Shown here piece by piece: positions 61,975 through 64,000 of a DNA stretch of 64,000 nucleotides (position 1 is its first letter; every line of letters starts with the position of its first letter). The notes under the pieces were generated by a model. That model had not been told where the DNA came from. It searched no databases and saw nothing but the letters and a program-made list of their open reading frames with translations. This DNA comes from an uncultured Alphaproteobacteria bacterium (GTDB lineage Bacteria; Pseudomonadota; Alphaproteobacteria; UBA7887), in contig CACETT010000001.1 in the NCBI GenBank assembly GCA_902562525.1, positions 28,036 to 92,035 of the forward strand, written 5' to 3'. Position numbers and translations under genes: made by a program.

Positions 61975-62748
61975 ATGGAAGATATTATTTTAAAAAGTAT
62001 GCCCGAAGATGGGGTTATGCAGGTATCCCTCAATCGGCCAAAGCAACGGAACGCATTGAGTAATGATCTGATAGCTAAGCTCGCGGAGATATTCGAGGTA
62101 GCATGGGACTCTAGCGGGGTGAGATGTTGTGTGTTAGTTGGTGTCGGCGGAGTTTTTTCTGCTGGTGCCGATATCAAGGAGATGGAGGCTGATGGCATCA
62201 ATGCCATCGATAATATCCAACGGAAGAAAAATTGGGCTCTCATCGAGCAATTTCCAAAACCCATTATAGCTGCGGTAGAGGGGTATGCGTTTGGTGGCGG
62301 CCATGAACTGGCCCTAGTTGCAGATCTTATTGTTGCTTCTGACGATTCCCGCTTTGGACAGCCCGAAATAAATCTTGGAATTTTACCAGGGGATGGAGCA
62401 ACTCAACGTTTAACCAGAGTTGCCGGCAAGAGCTTGGCAATGCAGATGATGCTTACTGGCGACCCAATTTCGGCTGAGACAGCGTATGCGGCGGGATTGG
62501 TCAGTTGTTTAGTGCCGTCCGGTAGAGCATTGGAGGAAGCGCTGAAATTGGCAGTCAGCATAGCAAAAAAAAGTCCCATCGCCGCCCAGTTAGTGAAAAC
62601 TTCAATTAAGTCGGCTTATGAAACGAGCTTGTCGGCAGGGCTAGAGGTAGAGCGTCAGGCCATACGTCAGGCGTTTGCTAAAGACTCTCATGTGGAACCG
62701 ATGAGAAAGTTTGTCGGAAGGAAAAACCTTACAAAAACTCGCGGCTAA
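61975..62748 (+). CDS. Enoyl-CoA hydratase/isomerase (crotonase) family protein
   Basis: Oxyanion-hole motifs GGVFSAGADIKEM and AAVEGYAFGGGHELAL. Confidence 0.85.
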   Translation: MEDIILKSMPEDGVMQVSLNRPKQRNALSNDLIAKLAEIFEVAWDSSGVRCCVLVGVGGVFSAGADIKEMEADGINAIDNIQRKKNWALIEQFPKPIIAAVEGYAFGGGHELALVADLIVASDDSRFGQPEINLGILPGDGATQRLTRVAGKSLAMQMMLTGDPISAETAYAAGLVSCLVPSGRALEEALKLAVSIAKKSPIAAQLVKTSIKSAYETSLSAGLEVERQAIRQAFAKDSHVEPMRKFVGRKNLTKTRG

Positions 62749-62780
62749 GTATAATTTTAAGAGCGGCACGGGTTCCCGAT

Positions 62781-63821
62781 TTATTGTGGTAATTTCCAAT
62801 TTGGGTGGCTTTGGAATTGTTTGGTGAGGGATGATTGAGGCCCATTGGTCGGTCGCCAGGAACATTCCAAGGCATTTAGAATTAGTTGGCGTATGTCATC
62901 TGGCGAAAAATGGAAATGGTCCATAAGCCCCATGTATTCATCAGTTAAGTGGTTGTGAAACATTCCGGGATCATCAGTGTTGATTGTTATATTCAAACCA
63001 TGTTGCCAATATTGATGAACTGGATGGTCCTTGTAAGAGGGGATAACCCCCGTAGCCACATTAGACAGCGGGCATAACTCCAAAGGCGTGGCTTCCTTCT
63101 CGAGGTGTTCCAAAAGTGCAATATCTTCTCGTGCCCGGGTGGCATGTCCAATGCGGTCAACTTCTAAATCCTGTAGAGCACCCCAGACACTCTCAGAGCC
63201 AGCTGCTTCCCCTGCATGGACGCTGGTTTTAAAGCCTAAGCGCCGGGCTTCGGCATATACTTTTGCAAAAGGCTTGGGAGGATGCAGGTGTTCGGAGCCT
63301 CCCATACCGATTCCCACAATTCCAAACTCCCTCGCATCGGCTGCTTCTTCCAATGTTTGTTCGGCCCTAATTGGGCCATGGTCGCGCACTAAATCTGCGA
63401 TTAACCAAAGTTCTACTCCGGCAACTTTGTCAAATCCTGATCTGATTGCTTGTGCTAAGCCCTTTGTGGTTAGACCGTGTTCGCTGAATCGGGATGGGGA
63501 GAAAAACATCTCAGCATATAGGATATTTTGTCGAAGAAGGTCCTCCGCGATTGCTTTGGCGATAAACTGAAAATCATCATAGGTACGTAAAAATCCATTT
63601 TTCCAGATCCATGTTTCAATAAAATCTGGGAATGTGTTGTAGGTGAGTCTGTCTCTCAGGGCCTCTCTGGTGGGGGTTGAAGGGTCTCCATCATATTTTT
63701 GTATCAACTCCCAAAGAGCGCCAAGCGGAATGGCTCCTTCAAGATGAAGGTGCAATTCCGCCTTGGGGAGATTATGAATCCATTGGGCGATTTGTGACTC
63801 GTCATATTGGTGGGTTGCCAT
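62781..63821 (-). CDS. add: Adenosine/adenine deaminase family protein
   Basis: Metal-binding HLHLEGA, SVHAGE, and TINTDDP motifs. Confidence 0.85.
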   Translation of the reverse strand: MATHQYDESQIAQWIHNLPKAELHLHLEGAIPLGALWELIQKYDGDPSTPTREALRDRLTYNTFPDFIETWIWKNGFLRTYDDFQFIAKAIAEDLLRQNILYAEMFFSPSRFSEHGLTTKGLAQAIRSGFDKVAGVELWLIADLVRDHGPIRAEQTLEEAADAREFGIVGIGMGGSEHLHPPKPFAKVYAEARRLGFKTSVHAGEAAGSESVWGALQDLEVDRIGHATRAREDIALLEHLEKEATPLELCPLSNVATGVIPSYKDHPVHQYWQHGLNITINTDDPGMFHNHLTDEYMGLMDHFHFSPDDIRQLILNALECSWRPTNGPQSSLTKQFQSHPNWKLPQ

Positions 63822-64000
63822 CTTCTTTAACCTATTTTTCCAGGGTAGTAGTTGATTATGTTTTACAGTGTATAGATGAGTGGGTGAAACAACGAGATCA
63901 AAGCGTATTAAAATATCATTTGGCGTAGAGCAAACTTCTGTATCTGAGCCTTCTCATCTGAGCATCGAGGATTTATACTTTGATGAATTAGAGGACTAAC

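Overview
The window reads as a roughly 50% GC alphaproteobacterial chromosome segment, probably from a marine free-living lineage; the taxon cannot be confirmed without a search. Coding density is high and almost every ORF is confidently homology-assignable. Bases 1–25,700 and 39,500–49,400 are conserved core synteny. The first block runs ruvCAB–ybgC–tolQRAB–pal–cpoB–tilS–ftsH–folP–glmM–thiD–serC–serA–hisZ–purA, then rpoH and rluD on the opposite strand, a JAB/MPN protein, ltaE, tRNA-Glu and gdhA. The second block is rplU–rpmA–obg–proB–proA–nadD–rsfS–gpmI–envC-like–ctpA–rppH. Two more accessory-looking stretches lie between and after them. Bases 25.7–38 kb hold a DUF4864-like protein, a SAM methyltransferase, an enolase-superfamily plus two-SDR operon, two GSTs, a 509-aa protein I cannot place, SCO1, an alpha/beta hydrolase and a Tat-secreted PhoX phosphatase abutting a tRNA-Ser. 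Bases 49.4–64 kb hold a split YeeE/YedE pair, then a nine-gene minus-strand cluster (CMD, MBL lactonase, GsiABCD-like ABC importer, LLM monooxygenase, CE4 deacetylase, NIPSNAP), a Cys-X5-Arg phosphatase, msrB, and small-molecule dehydrogenase, hydratase and deaminase genes. The most unusual stretch is a 1.4-kb AT-rich patch (38.1–39.5 kb, about 32–40% GC) between divergent tRNA-Ser and rplU. It contains several small hydrophobic ORFs that the ORF track misses or mis-frames, and ends in a textbook sigma70 promoter with a G9 homopolymer in its spacer. I found no CRISPR array, IS element, integrase, RT or recognisable defence gene. If something undescribed is here, the candidates are the small-ORF patch, the nine-gene lactonase/LLM/ABC cluster, the orphan 509-aa protein, and the translationally coupled 88-aa/JAMM pair.
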